Source: Octopus vulgaris
Taxonomy: Eukaryota
DNA length: 64,000 bases
Assembly (NCBI GenBank): GCA_951406725.2
Contig: OX597822.1
Span: 33,108,001 to 33,172,000, forward strand
Reading direction: 5' to 3'
Shown one piece after another: positions 16,294 through 31,070 of the stretch. The stretch's first letter is position 1. Each line of letters begins with the position of its first letter. The notes below the pieces were generated by a model. It had not been told where the DNA came from. It searched no databases and saw nothing but the letters and a program-made list of their open reading frames with translations. A program made the position numbers and the translations under genes.

Positions 16294-17813
16294 TGTGTTC
16301 ATAAGAGGAAATTTTAAAATGGCTTCAAAGTTTCTTCGCTTGATGTCTTCGCCAGATACTAAAAATTTAGTATTTCTAGCCGCTGTATATATTTTGTATA
16401 TATTTTGGCATATCTTGTGGGTGGGAGTTTAGTGATTGCAATCTAGTTGCTGTTTAATGTAGTATTCTTATAAATATAAAAAAAAAACATTTTATTGGAT
16501 TGTTTGATCGGATGAGCAAAAGCGTGTGTTATATAATATACACATTAAACTAGAGTTAAGATTTTTTGGTGAAGGTAATCACCCAAGATGAAGATGGTGG
16601 TGGAGGTGGTGATGATGAAAAAGGAGGAGGAGGAAGGGGAGGAAAAGATGAAGAAAAAGAACAAGGAAGGAGGAAGAAGAAAGAGGAGGGAGAGGAAGAG
16701 GAAAGAGGAGGAAGGTGGAAGAAAGTGGAGGAGAAAGATAGAGAAGGGAAAGGAGGAGGAGGGCGAAAGATGAGGGAGAAAAAGAAGCAGCAGGAGGAGA
16801 AGAGGGGAGGGAGGAGAGGGGGAGCGGGAGAATAGGTGAGGGGAATGGGGAGAAGAGGGGGATGGGATAAGAGGGGGGAGGAGGAAGGACGACGACGACG
16901 ACGACGACGAGGAAGAGGAGGGTAGCCCCCTTGCAACTAAAAGGCTCCACTCACAAAACCATAAACCAAGCATATGAAACAACTTGAAAGAGTAACATTT
17001 GGCCAAACGGTGAAACTCAGAAGTCAATGTCAAACGTTTTCTAGTAAAAATAGATTTAAATTCATTGAGGGATCTGCCTGACGATAGAGAGATGACAGAC
17101 GGAACCCACGTAAGTTTAAACTATCTTCTTAGAAATGACTGAATATACTGAATAGTTTCGTTCATGTCAGAAAGAATGGTAGGTCACGATTAGAATGTCG
17201 ATTGGAGGATACGTTCCAGTGACAGGAAGCCATTATAACTGAAATATAAGTAATCACACGGTAAAAACCTCCATTTTGAAAACAACCTCAGAATTAAGCA
17301 TAGAACAAAGGTATGAACAAGCAAATAACAATAACTTCATATACATGAAACTATCAAACCTCCCATAAATACATACCAGATCACAACAAAACAAAAGAAA
17401 GGTCAACCGCAAGTGCTGCCATTCTGTTCTGTCTCATATTCATAATTCATAATAGAGCAGTAAGTTTAAAGAACATACAGAAAATACAAAGAAAGCTAGA
17501 AACCAAAATTAACCGCAAAAGATGTAACCCTCAAGAAATGCATTACAAATAATCTATTGTGAAGAATTATATATAGGCCAGCTTCCTAAATTATTCAGAA
17601 AAGATGCTTTTGTTACAATTACATACAACAGAGAAGATAGGCTGAACGAGAGTGAAATAATCGTGGGAGTAAATATTGAAATATTCATTCCTTCAGACGC
17701 ACTATACGCCTTCATGCCAATTGAGGTAACGCTGCCATGGTATTGGAAAGTATGTTTATATATGGATATGAATAGAAACATGAATATACACACACGCACG
17801 AACACACACATAC

Positions 17814-17897
<84 letters not shown>

Positions 17898-18987
17898 AGA
17901 AGCATATCTTTATATACACATACATATATACTTAGCTAGACACACACACGTATATTCATATGCGTTTATGTGTACATGTTTGTACACAATACTATGTATG
18001 AAAACACATGCCTGTATGTAAATGTCCGTATTAATATATTCATGTGTGCGTATGTATATGTTTAGGCTTCATATTATATCTGTCTAACGAATTATATTAT
18101 TTGTCGTTGAAATTAAACACACAGGCTTCTTAACATCAACGGATGTCGATTGTCCATTCACTTCGTGTAGTATGTTCTTCTGATAAAGATCTTGGTACAC
18201 AATCGTAAAATAATTCAATGAACACGTCATTAATTAGCATTCAAATATGTAACTTCCATTTCCTGGTTTCAGAATTAATTTTGAATCATTACTAGAAAGC
18301 TTCGCTTTATGTGACGTTTCGGTGTTCGATCGGGGTTGCTTTTATACAGTTAATTACACACGAGTCAGTTTTATTGTTATGAATATTAACTGCATAGCTT
18401 AGCGTTGATTGAAAATTATTGATTCTCTACGAGTATGCCATTCGTGAGAGTGTGGAAATATGTATGAATCTTTCTATATACGTCTATCTGTAATATATAT
18501 ATATATATATATAAATATATATACACATGTATACATATATATATATAAATACATATATACACACACATATATATATACATATATATACAGATATATATAC
18601 ACACATATACACACATATATATATGTATATATATACGCATGCATACATATATTTATAGTCATACATTTGTGTGTATTAATATGCATGTATTCTTATTAAT
18701 ACATATATTTATTTATGTGTAAGTTTATGTATATATAAATCTGAAATATATATATGTGTGCGGTTGAATGTATGTATGTAATTTATGTATGTATATATGT
18801 AGGTATGTATGTATGTATATGTATACACATATTCACAAATATATGAGACACTGTGGTTGATTGTACTGGTTCATGGTGATGAGAATGAAATATGAGAATA
18901 TTTTTACGGCATGATTATATGCCCACACAGACACAAATACACACACATAAACACGCACACAAATATAGATATGTGTGTGTGTATGTA

Positions 18988-19044
<57 letters not shown>

Positions 19045-19835
19045 ATAATCGATAAATTCATACCATTGTTACTCCGCTTGCCACTGTTACACACAAGGAG
19101 AACGTGGCTGCGATCCTTCAGACGATAATATACTTTGGCGGAAATGTTTATTATATTCATGAGTGCACCTGCACTATCAGTATTCAGTTGTTAAGGCGGT
19201 CCATATGTACGACCTTAATGCAACCTTCAGAGCTATACTTTATGTATTATTACAGCACATATTTCATGCGGAGGCAACTAAGTATTTCTATCTTTAAGGG
19301 ATGTCATTTCGAAAACGTGAACTTCATATTCGGGCCCAATTTCAATAGGTTGTGGCCATTGTGTTTGAGAATTCTAGAACAAAGGTTCTCAACGGTGGCG
19401 TATATGGCCACTCGGGGGCCATTTGGAGCTCGAAGGGGACGTTTGAAGAAAAGGGGCACTGGGGGTGTTAAGACACTCGGGGGTGCTAGGGGGCGCTGGA
19501 AGAACTCGTGTTTGGTAATTTTAATTTGAAATTAACAAGTAGCAGCCATGTTTTCACATCTCTGCGACAGTCAGTTTTAAAAACCCATGTATTTTTGCTT
19601 CAAATTTTCAGAAGCTTACAAAAACACTTTTTCCACTTTAACAACACCAAGCTTATTATTACTCGTGCTATGTGTAACAGGTGTCGCTAAAGTAAAAACC
19701 CTAAAACAAAAAACAAAAACTGAAAACAGATGAATAGTGACAGACGATTAAAAGAAAAAAGTAATGAATAAAAGCGAAAAGCTGAACGTGTGCGTGTGTA
19801 TGTGTGAGTGTGTGTGTGTGTGTGTGAGAGAGAGA

Positions 19836-19866
<31 letters not shown>

Positions 19867-20987
19867 TGTGTGTGTGTAACCAATTTTCAGATTTTTTTAC
19901 TTCCTTTTAAAAAATGCAGATTTTGTGAATGAAACAAACTAAGTCCTGAATAAGACATGAATGTTTTTCATATGACAAATTTTCAAATATTTTAAATGCC
20001 ATTTTAAAAGGAGGTTGATTTTATGACTCAAACTAACTAGATATAAGTACAGTGTATACCATCCTCCACAATTTGCTACTCATATTAAGTACATAAGTCT
20101 TTCAGCAATTTCTATCAAATACACTCTCTTTCTTGAGCATAAAAAATCCTATTCCCGAGTGACAATAACTTATATGTCAGATTGTTGCACAATTTCTAGC
20201 TGTTTTGCTAAAGCAAATCGGAAAGGTTTGAAATGATTTCATCGGCATTTACTTGTACCAAAGAGCTCTCTTTCGATAGACAACACGTTGATCTCATAAG
20301 TGTCGCGTGGTGGAAATAAACGTAATTATCAAACTATCAATTCATTATTTCGCTTTTATGCATTTCAATTTGTACATCTGTACTCCCGTACTATATGAGA
20401 TATACGAGCAAAACGCACCCCGTCCAATGGACAGTGCTGAGTTGTCAAACATTTAAACCAAATTTTCTCAAAACAACTTGTCCGACCGTCCCATAGGCCT
20501 CCCCTTTGAGAAACACTGATTTAACCTAAATTTGAGACACCAGCAAAAAAAAGAAATAAAGATAGACTTTTTTCTATTCCAAAGAAAAACGATTTCCCAT
20601 GGCTTTATCGATCGCATTCTCACCTGGAATCGATTTTTGTCATTTTTTTCAAGACTTATACACGCCCTGATGGATGATGCCCGAGATCCTAGAAGCCACA
20701 CACACACACACACAGACAAAACGCATTTTATGTAAGAGATGATTCACCTGTTATGTACTGGCTGAAGATATGGTGGTTATATTACTGTTTATACAACTGA
20801 TATTTAAACGTGTTATGTGGATAACTACAATATACAGGCTAAATGTTTCTTTATATATAAAAGAAATTTAATGATGTTTGCTTGAACATGTGTGCGTTCT
20901 TATATAAATGAGTATATAGACGTGCGTAGTAATCCATAATTAAATGTTATGAGTATTATAAAATAGTCTACAACAGTCATAATAATG

Positions 20988-21292
20988 GCACTCCGTCGGT
21001 TACGACGACGAGGTTTCCAGTTAATCTGACCAACGGAACAGCCTGCTCTTGTAATTAACATGCAAGTGGCTGAGCGCTCCACAGACACGTGTAAATTAAA
21101 CGTAGTTCTCAGTGAGACTCAGTGTGACAGAGAATGTGACAGGGCTGGCCCTTTGAAATGCAGGTACTACTCATTTTGAGCAGCTGAGTGGACTGGAACA
21201 ACGTAGAATAAAGTGTTTTGCTCAAGGGCACAACACGCTGCCGGGAATCGCACTTATGACCTGAAAACCCTAACCACTGAGCCATGCGCCTT
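20988..21292 (-). mobile_element. SINE sharing its 3' tail with family A
   Basis: actccgtcggtttacgacgacgagg..gttctc matches 28167-28345. Confidence 0.7.
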
Positions 21293-21394
21293 CAGTAAAA
21301 ACAGGGAATTCGAGGGGAATAATGTCAGGGCCGCTATGTGTAGCCGGCAAACAGAAGGAGTGTGCTTTTGTACCAAGACAGATATAGGTAGTCT

Positions 21395-21740
21395 TTTACT
21401 TGTTTCAGTCATTTGACTACGCTCATGATACGGCACCGCCTTTTAGCCGTACAAATCGACCCCAGGACTTTTTCTTTGTAACCATTGCACTTGTTCTATC
21501 GGGCTCTTTTTTGTCGAACCGCTAAGTTACGGGGACGTGAACACACCAACACTGATTGTCAAGCGATAGTGGAAGAACAAACACAGACACACACACAAAT
21601 ATATAAATGTGTGTGTGTATGTGTGTGTATGTGTGTGTGTGTGTATGCGACGAGCTTCTTTCAGTTTTCCGTCTACCAAATCCACTCACAAGGCATTGGT
21701 CGGCTCGAGGCTATAGTAGAAGACACTTGCCCAAGATGCC
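21395..21740 (-). mobile_element. SINE family B copy
   Basis: Reverse-complement homology to 63300-63670. Confidence 0.72.
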
Positions 21741-22066
21741 GCGCATGCGTGAAATTAAAAATATAAAATGGTGACAATTTACCCATCGCACTCTGTTTAT
21801 GTAGGCGTCTGTGCGTGTATGTACATGTTTTTGTTAATCGGTGCGTCGAACTCAATAAAATGAAGGTAAATGTGTGTTTTAGAGTGTTATCATGTGTATG
21901 CGTTGAGTTTACAAAAGACCATATCAAGAGGAAAAGTAAGAGAGATAAAGAGAGAGATAGACAGAGAGACAGAGACAGAGAGAGAGAGCCATGTGAATGA
22001 AAAAAGAGACAGATACACAATAGTTAGATTTTTTTGCATTATGTGTTCTCATGGGAAATCATTAAA

Positions 22067-22136
<70 letters not shown>

Positions 22137-22770
22137 TTTATATTGCTTGTACTGATGAACATCTAACATCTCAAATGGAAATCTGATCGTTAAAATGAAA
22201 ATCTATTGTAAGAGATCGATTAAATGAACAGCAAAACAAACATTTGAATTAAATAGGTGAAATAATCATATTGTTTAAATCAGTTTTTTTTTTTAAATGT
22301 ATGAAAACACCCCCCTCCCCACAACCAAACACGGCAACTAGAAACCACATCAAAGTCTTCGAAACCATGATCGACGTTATCGTCTCCACCACTTTTGTCG
22401 TCGTCGTCATCGTCGTCGTCGTCATCATCATTATCATCACCAGCAGCAGCAGCAGCAGCAACAGAAGCTTTCACGTGATCATCGTCGTCGTCGTCGTCGT
22501 CGTCGTCATACATCGTCGTCGATCTCGTTTTCATCGCCACAACCACTGCCACCATCAACACATGATCATCATAATCATGATAATGATCATCATCAACATC
22601 ATCGTCATCACTACCACCACTACCCCTGTCATCTTCATAAGCAGCAGCAACAGCATGGCCAGCATCACTATAGTCATCATCTCCATCACCACCACCCTCA
22701 TCATCATTACCACCGCTACATCTTCACCATCCCTACTATCACCATCATCATAAGCAACAGCAGCGGCAGT

Positions 22771-22950
22771 GGAGGCGCAATGGCTCAGTGATTAGGACAG
22801 CAGACTCACGGTCATAAGAACGCGGTTTCGATTCCTAGACCGGGCATTGTGAGTGTTTATTAAGCAAAAATACCTAAGCTCTACGTGGTTCCGGCGGGGG
22901 TGGTGGTGAACCCCGCTGTACTCTTTCATCACAACTTTCTCTCACTCGAT
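22771..22950 (+). mobile_element. tRNA-derived SINE family A, 5' part
   Basis: ggaggcgcaatggctcagtgattagg..ggtttcgattcct. Confidence 0.75.
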
Positions 22951-23246
22951 CTTCCTACTTCTGCCACAAAGCAGAGGAACCATAGTGTAACCCACTATGG
23001 TGTGGTAAACTTTCATACCCTGGTCTAGATTGCGAATCCTCTGTACCCCAGGATGGTTCAGCTCTCCACCCGTTAAAAGCCACCGTTTACGGAATGAGGA
23101 TAACAACGTAGCTTTCGCGCCGTGCAACCGTTAGTCTATCGCGTATGGTGGGTGGATCTTCAACTTGCCACACGCATTCTTAGTAGCTTAGAGTAGGCTC
23201 GAATTGGAGAATATTCTTTGTGGCTAATGGCGTGAGTCCTGATTGG

Positions 23247-23546
23247 AAGAAGAAGAAGAAGAAGAAGAAGAAGAAGAAGAAGAAGAAGAAGAAGAAGAAG
23301 AAGAAGAAGAAAAAGAAAGAAGACGAAGGACATGAAGAAAAAGAAAGGAAGAAGAAGAAGAAGAAGAAGAACATGAAGAAAAAGAAAGAAGAAAAAGAAG
23401 AAGAAGAACATGAAGAAAAAGAAAGAAGAAGGAGAGGTAGAAGAAGAACATGAAGAAAAAGAAAGAAGAGAAGAAGAAGAACATGAAGAAAAAGAAAGAA
23501 GAAGAAGAAGAAGAAGAAGAAGAAGAAGAAGAAGAAAAAGAAGAAG
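23247..23546 (+). repeat. (GAA)n-rich tract
   Basis: Direct inspection. Confidence 0.95.
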
Positions 23547-24078
23547 TAACAGCATGACCAGCATCACTAGTGTCGTCATCTCCATCGCCACACCCTCATC
23601 ATCATTATCATCATTACCACCGCTACATCTTCACCAGCCCTACTATCACCAGCAGAAGCAGTAGCTGTAGCACAGCCACAATTACCACCGTTACCATCAC
23701 CATCATCATCATCGTCATCACGACCACCTCCACAACCATCACGCTCACCATCATCGCCCTCATCGCTATCACTGCTATTGAACATAGAATTTAAAATATT
23801 AAACAGTCGTGATTTAAATCAACTTCGAGTAAGTCCAACAAATTTCAATAATTATCCAACATAATCGCCCTTATCATCATCATCATCATCATCTTCACCA
23901 CCACCACTACCATCATCATCATCACCAGCCTTATGAGTATCATATAACGATGACCCATACGTGTCTAGGTAGCATGTGGAGGGTTAGATGTGACAAGAAT
24001 AAACTTTAAACAAGAATAAAATTGACTATCTATGAACGAGCACTGTCGGAGGTAATTGGGGTGTAAGAAGGTGGTTGA

Positions 24079-24130
24079 TGGCCCTTGCACAAGGATGACA
24101 CGCAAATTCGTGAAACGTTCTATATTTTTT
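24079..24130 (+). pseudogene. U6: U6 snRNA 3'-half retro-fragment
   Basis: ATGGCCCTTGCACAAGGATGACACGCAAATTCGTGAAACGTTCTATATTTTTT matches the conserved U6 3' end (ATGGCCCCTGCGCAAGGATGACACGCAAATTCGTGAAGCGTTCCATATTTTT) with 4 substitutions. Confidence 0.92.
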
Positions 24131-24543
24131 AAGGCGGCGAGCTGGCAGAAACGTTAACACGCCGGGCGAAATACTTAGCGGTATTTTGTCAGCCGTTACG
24201 TTGTAAATTAAAATTTCGCCGAGGTCGACTTTGCCTTTCATCCTTTCGGGGTCGATAAATTAAGTACCGGTTACGCACTGGGGTCGATGTAATCGACTTA
24301 ATCCGTTTGCCTGTCCTTGTTTGTCCTCTCTGTGTTTAGACCCTTGTGGGTAGTAAAGAAATAAGTATTTCGTCTGCCGGTATGTCTGAGTTCGAATTCC
24401 GCCGAAGTCGACTTTGCCTTTCATCCTTTCGGGGTCGATAAATTAAGTACCAGTTACGCACTGGGGTCGATATAATCGACTTAATCCGTTTGTCTGTCCT
24501 TGTTTGTCCCCTCTGTGTTTATCCCCTTGTCGGCAGTAAAGAA
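24131..24543 (+). mobile_element. SINE (aaggcggcgagctggcagaa family) with internally duplicated 3' part
   Basis: gtcgactttgcctttcatcctttcggggtcgataaattaagtacc occurs twice (~24224, ~24407). Homologous copies occur elsewhere in the window. Confidence 0.8.
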
Positions 24544-24736
24544 TAAGAAGGTCGTTGATGTATTCAAGTTAGAGAATGAGGAACAAAACGAAATTTGGGA
24601 GGGCACCAAATGATGAAATATTGATCAACACACTACTTCTTCGATATGATATGAGACAGAGAGAAAAAGAGGGTGCTACTGGTTCAAAAGCCGAGAGTTC
24701 GCTACTGCCAATAGGTTAGCAGTTATTCTTGACATA

Positions 24737-25110
<374 letters not shown>

Positions 25111-26342
25111 GTCTTAAAGCAAAATGTAATGGCGTCGTTTTTTTGTTGTTTCTTTTTGTTTTATTTTGTTCTTTTTTCAAATAGAATTCCTGAAAGCAGA
25201 GCCCCAGTGTGGCCGCATAAAACAAGTAAAAGATAAAAGATAAATAATACTTGGGTGCTTGGCTAAAATTATTTGCCACAACAGTTTTCACGAAGTCTGT
25301 TGTGGGCCGAAGCCTAACGGTATGTTGCACGAGCGAGTAGATTCTAAGAAGATCTGAATTTTCGAAAATTGTAATAGAGAAAGATGTAAGGTTTTGAAGG
25401 ACGATGTTGTTAATGGCTCGCTCCAGTTGTGAGATCATGGAAGTGTATGACCACAGTTTAAGAGTATTTACCTTCTTAGAAATGTGACAGATTGTTGTGT
25501 ATTTCCAAAGTTTGTGTTTATTCTCAGGGGAGAAAAGAGAAAGAAATCGGGTTTAGAGGTTGTGAAAAGATATGTGCTATCCCAAGAGTGTATCGATTGT
25601 TAACAGAAAGGATAATATCAGGACGAGTGACTTTGACGGTTTTAAATGACTATTTGCGTTTTTCCGCTTGGAGGCATTCAATGTGTCGGGCGTGGTGGCA
25701 TCCAAATGGAGCGTGTATTCGGATGTAAAGGGCTGCAGATAGAAGAATTTCACAGCGGTGTGAGTACTCCTTATCGGATTATCAGGATTGATCTACATAT
25801 AACCATTTATACATACGTATATGTCGATAAACATGCCCACAAGCAAACGCACACAAACACACACAAACACATAGATATATATATTGTTAGGAAACTTCTT
25901 ACCATAGATCTACGCCTGCAGCTACATATTCATAAACATATACATATATAAATAAATGTATGCATATACATATATGTGTGTGTAGGTGTGTGTATACATG
26001 TATGTATGTACGTACGTACGTACGTATGTATGTATGTATGTATGTATGTATGTATGTATGTATGTATGTATGTATGTATGTATGTATGTATGTATATGTA
26101 TATGTAGGCGGTCTTACAAACACCAAACGATAAAATCGCTAAAAATCATAGAACAACTATCAAGATGTACAATCTTGCAAATACTGATTTATACTCTGAA
26201 GAGCTTTTGCTATTCGGCTCCCTTGGGGGTTTCTTTCCACTACTTAATTTTATATAAATGTTGATCGCGTAAAGACTAGGGAAATCCTTTCAAAAATGAA
26301 CCTATTAGTGGCATACTTAATCCCCACATATACATATGTGTT

Positions 26343-26375
<33 letters not shown>

Positions 26376-26816
26376 TGGAGAGAATGAAATGTAAAGCATT
26401 TACTTTTTCACTATAGTAGTAACTATGGAAGACTAATGGGATTAATATTTGTATGGTCTTAAAGATTGGTTGTTATTTAGTATATAATTTAGTTAGTATA
26501 GGTTTGCTATCAATACCGATACAGATGTGTTTCATTGTTGCAGTTTAATTTTAAAGTTAGTATTTTATCCTGCCTATATTTAGATTGAATGAATGTGGTT
26601 ATGAAGTTTTATCTTTTATATTATACTATGGAAGACTGTAGGGAATATTTTTTTGTATGACTTAAAGGTTTGGTCGCTGTTTAGTTACATATTTAGAAGT
26701 TGGTTACAGATTTACTTATTGAATTTATTTACTGATACTATTGTACATAGGGTAAACGTATTTGAGAGTTATGGATTCTTTGGTATGTTTGTTCCCAAAC
26801 AACACTTATTTTAGTG

Positions 26817-28085
26817 GCCTCTGACCCACTTGCAGTGGTTTGATCTAGCTGAAATTTTGCATGTGCAATTATTTATATCTCTATAGATTAAGTGACAGAT
26901 TACAGCTCTGAGCTAATTGTGGTTTCTGATTTACAGGTGTTTGAACTGAGTCAAGTGTGAAATGGAGCCTGTTGAGTGTCGAGCAGTGATCCGGTTTTGT
27001 ATTTGAAAGGACGCACACCACAGGAGACTTTTGATGAAATAAAAGTAACTTATGGTGATGATGCCCCATCATATGACCTTGTAAAACGCTGGCATCGTGA
27101 ATTCAAACATGGTCGGAACTCTGTGGAAACAGCTCCCAGATCTGGTCACACCCTTCTGCCATTGATGAGGCATCTGTCCGTCAAGTTGAGGCTGCCATTT
27201 TGGAAGATCGATGCATAACTATTCGCCAAATAGCCCATGAGGTCAAGATTAGTACCGGGTCTGTGGAAACTATCATTCATGACCATTTTTATATGCAAAA
27301 GGTGTATGCCAGATGGATTCCCAGGTTGCTCACACCTTTCCAGAAGCAAGAACGCGTCGAGTGCTCGAGGATGAATTTGGAGATGTGCCAAGAAGATGAG
27401 TCAAAAGTTTTCAAAAGACTGATTACACAGGATGAAACCTGGGTCCATCACTATGATTCAGAGACCAAAGCCCAGTCAATGCAGTGGAAGCACCGTGACT
27501 CACCTCCTCCAAAGAAGGCAAGGGTGCAGCCCTCCGCTGGCAAGGTCATGTTCACAGTCTTCTGGGACCAGGACGGAGTAGTGATGACAGATTTCCTGGC
27601 AAAGGGTACCACAATTACAGGAGCCTATTATGCTTCACTTTTGAGGAAATTATGAGAAGCTATCAAAATCAAGAGGTGGGGCAAGATCAGCAAAGGCATC
27701 CTCCTCCTGCAGGACAACGCTCCGGTTCACAACTCGCGTGTCGCCAGATCAGAAACACAGGCGTGCTGCTATGAACTCCTCCCCCACCCACCCCTACGCT
27801 CCTGACCTTGCACCCTCTGATTTTCACCTCTTCCCAGCCATGAAGTTTTTTTTGAAAGGAAAGCATTTCACAGATGATGCAGCCTTGATTTCTAAAGTCA
27901 CGTCGTGGTTGGAGGACCAAGCTGGGGTCTTCTACAAAAACGGTCTCCAGCGCTGCATCAAACGATGGCAGAAATGCCTAACTCTGGGTGGTTCCTATGT
28001 AGAAAAAGACTAATAACTGTGCCAAGTTTCGTTGCGCTACTGCTATGGGAAGTGGGTCAGGGGCATTACTTATTGAACGCCCCTC

Positions 28086-28088
<3 letters not shown>
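26817..28088 (+). mobile_element. Decayed mariner (DD34D) transposon
   Basis: ATG 26962 MEPVECRAVI. Motifs WIPRLL, DETWVHHY, QDNAPVH, YAPDLAPSDFHLF. Frameshifts and a stop at 27653-55. 3' TIR ...ttattgaacgcccctcgTA; only the inner part of the 5' TIR (ctgacccactt) remains. Confidence 0.92.
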
Positions 28089-28156
<68 letters not shown>

Positions 28157-28158
28157 CA

Positions 28159-28681
<523 letters not shown>

Positions 28682-29318
28682 TATGATATGTAGAAAAATA
28701 CAGACTGAGACAAGAACGCATAAAAACTTAGAAGACGATACAACAAACACAGACAGGACATTCGAAGCCCTCAGTCTTCAGTCAAGAACCGGATCATCGT
28801 AGTAATTTCGGCTGATTAATCTTGAGATTACTAGAACCGGACAGCCCTCCAGGAGAAACTAAGCAACGAGCATTAGAAAAACTAAGCTAGGAGCGTAAAT
28901 TTCCTGGAAGAAGGATCGGATGCATACGAACACAAAGACAGCAAAACGGACGGTGCCACACGAATATAAAAAACAAAAAACAATAATGAAATACAAAAAC
29001 GTGGAATGCAAAAGCAATAATGGTAAAAACAGCAAGTGTCTTACGACTAATAACAGTGCAAACAGGTCTGGCTGGCGTATTTTGGAAAAATTGCCTTAGC
29101 GGCGAATTGCCTTGGCGGCGAACGAGGACAACGATGTTATCACGGCGCTGGTCAGAGGCCGAAAGGCAGATTTTGGCCAGCAGTCACGTGACAGAGAAGA
29201 GAGAAAAGAAGGAAGAGAGGGAGAAGAGGGACGAAAGCAACAAGGGGGGAGAATAGAGAGAAAGAAGGAATTAGAGAGGGTAGAAGGGATGGGTGTCAAA
29301 GATTGACCTGTGAGTGCA

Positions 29319-29368
<50 letters not shown>

Positions 29369-29384
29369 AGAGAGAGAGAGAGAG

Positions 29385-30266
29385 GGCGTGCGATGAATAT
29401 ATCGTCGTCTAAATTGCGCAAAAAGGAAAATAACACTGACATCTCATTTTAAAAGTTATATTGGCCAAAATTACATAAGAATATGTTGAAATACTAAACA
29501 GTAACTTTACTCAATAAAATCGCCATTGGCTTCCACCACGACCTCCAGACGACTTCGGGATCTCCTGCAACTCTTCCGGACGATCTCTTCGTTTAAGTCG
29601 CTGAATGCTGCCATAATCTTTGCCTTCAGTTCATCTTGGGGGTTACAAGGAGTTTTGTTGGACTCTCCTTCAACTGTGTTCCACACATAGTAATCAAGGG
29701 GGTTGCAGTCTGAGAAGTTAGGTGGCCAGATGTTAGGGATGGCGTGGTCACAGAAATTGCCTGACAGCCATGACAGGATTCTCCTGCTTGTGTGGCATGG
29801 TGCAGAGCCCTGTTGCCAGATATAGGGTCTTCCAGCAGTCATCTTCTTTACCTAGGGCAGCACTTCTTCCTCCAGGTACTCGATGTACGCCTCACTCTTG
29901 AGTGTGAGGCCGTGTGAGAAGATGAATAGAGGCATACCGTCGTCATCATTGGTGATCACTACAAACACCTTGATGTTGACTGGTTGTTTGATTATTATCA
30001 CCCTCGGTACATGTTCACAGATTGCACTGTCCCCAGATTGACACCCAAACACTGTTCGTATTGGAGTCTTCGGCACGAATGCCAAGCAGTGCAGCGTGTT
30101 GTTTTCAAATTTCTGGTTGAGCAGTTTGCATCTTGGTGCTACTTTTCACACAGACAGTGCCCAACTGATCCTACCATACTGCGTAGTCGACAAAATCAAA
30201 AACAACCAAGGCGCATGCGATAAATTAAACTATAAATTGGCGAAAATTTACCCATCGCACTCTGTA
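29385..30266 (-). mobile_element. Internally deleted Tc1/mariner-superfamily transposon remnant
   Basis: PYIWQQGSAPCHTS...WPPNFSDCNPLDYYVW..VEANGDFIE. Terminus tttacccatcgcactctgTA. The same terminus is present alone at ~21741-21795. Confidence 0.8.
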
Positions 30267-30856
30267 TGAACATATATATGTGTGTGTGTATACATATGTG
30301 TGTGTGCAGGTGACTGTGCGTGTATCATATTCAAAAATCATTTGCACGCACACACAAATACACATACACACAAACACACACACGCACACAAACACGCACA
30401 CGCGCACATACACACATACACTCGCATGCATACATATATACATTAACAAATCATTCTATAATTTTTAGATAGAACATCAGAAATTTGAGTACATATAAAA
30501 AAAACTTTATTTCTTCCCCATCACCATCGTTATTAAACATCAACAGCAGCAGTACCAGTTGCAGCACTGTTAGCAGTTACAAAACCGTAGAGTTTTCTTA
30601 CATTGTACTAAACCTGAGTAGGTGTTTTCTCAATAAACACAAATTAATTAATTTGTAATGTCAATTCAATTATTAAGGACAATAAAAAGCTCATTTAATT
30701 TTTATATTATCCTGTTGGGGGGGCGATGGTATTTTATGAAACGAAGTCAAGAACGATGATGTCCACAAAAAGAAAACAAATATTTTCAACACGAATACAT
30801 CATTCGAAGCTTAAAAAACTGACATAAACGACGAAATATATAGTATAATGTGTGTA

Positions 30857-30942
<86 letters not shown>

Positions 30943-31035
30943 ATCCAAATATGAACAAAGAGAAAACACAACAATGCGAGGACGTGGAACAGGTAGTGTT
31001 AATTGGACGCTCAGGAAAGGAAAGAAAGAAGGAGG

Positions 31036-31070
31036 ATTTAACGTTTCGAGTGGACCTCTTTGTCAGAAAC
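31036..31070 (-). ncRNA. Degenerate minimal hammerhead motif (AACGTT family)
   Basis: Minus strand GTTT-CTGACAA-A-GAG gtcca CTC-GAAACGTTA-AAT. Flanks homologous to 500-690. Confidence 0.55.

Noticed and set aside
16566-16920. E/K/R/G-rich ORF
   Set aside because: Purine-rich low-complexity tract with no splice or codon evidence.
19378-20519. Possible hAT-type element (caaaggttctcaa ... ttgagaaacactg)
   Set aside because: TIR match is partial, with no 8-bp TSD and no readable transposase.
28800-28860. GGCTG...CAGCC-GAAA on the minus strand, HHR stem II-like
   Set aside because: Core (CCTGGAG) and stem III are not convincing.
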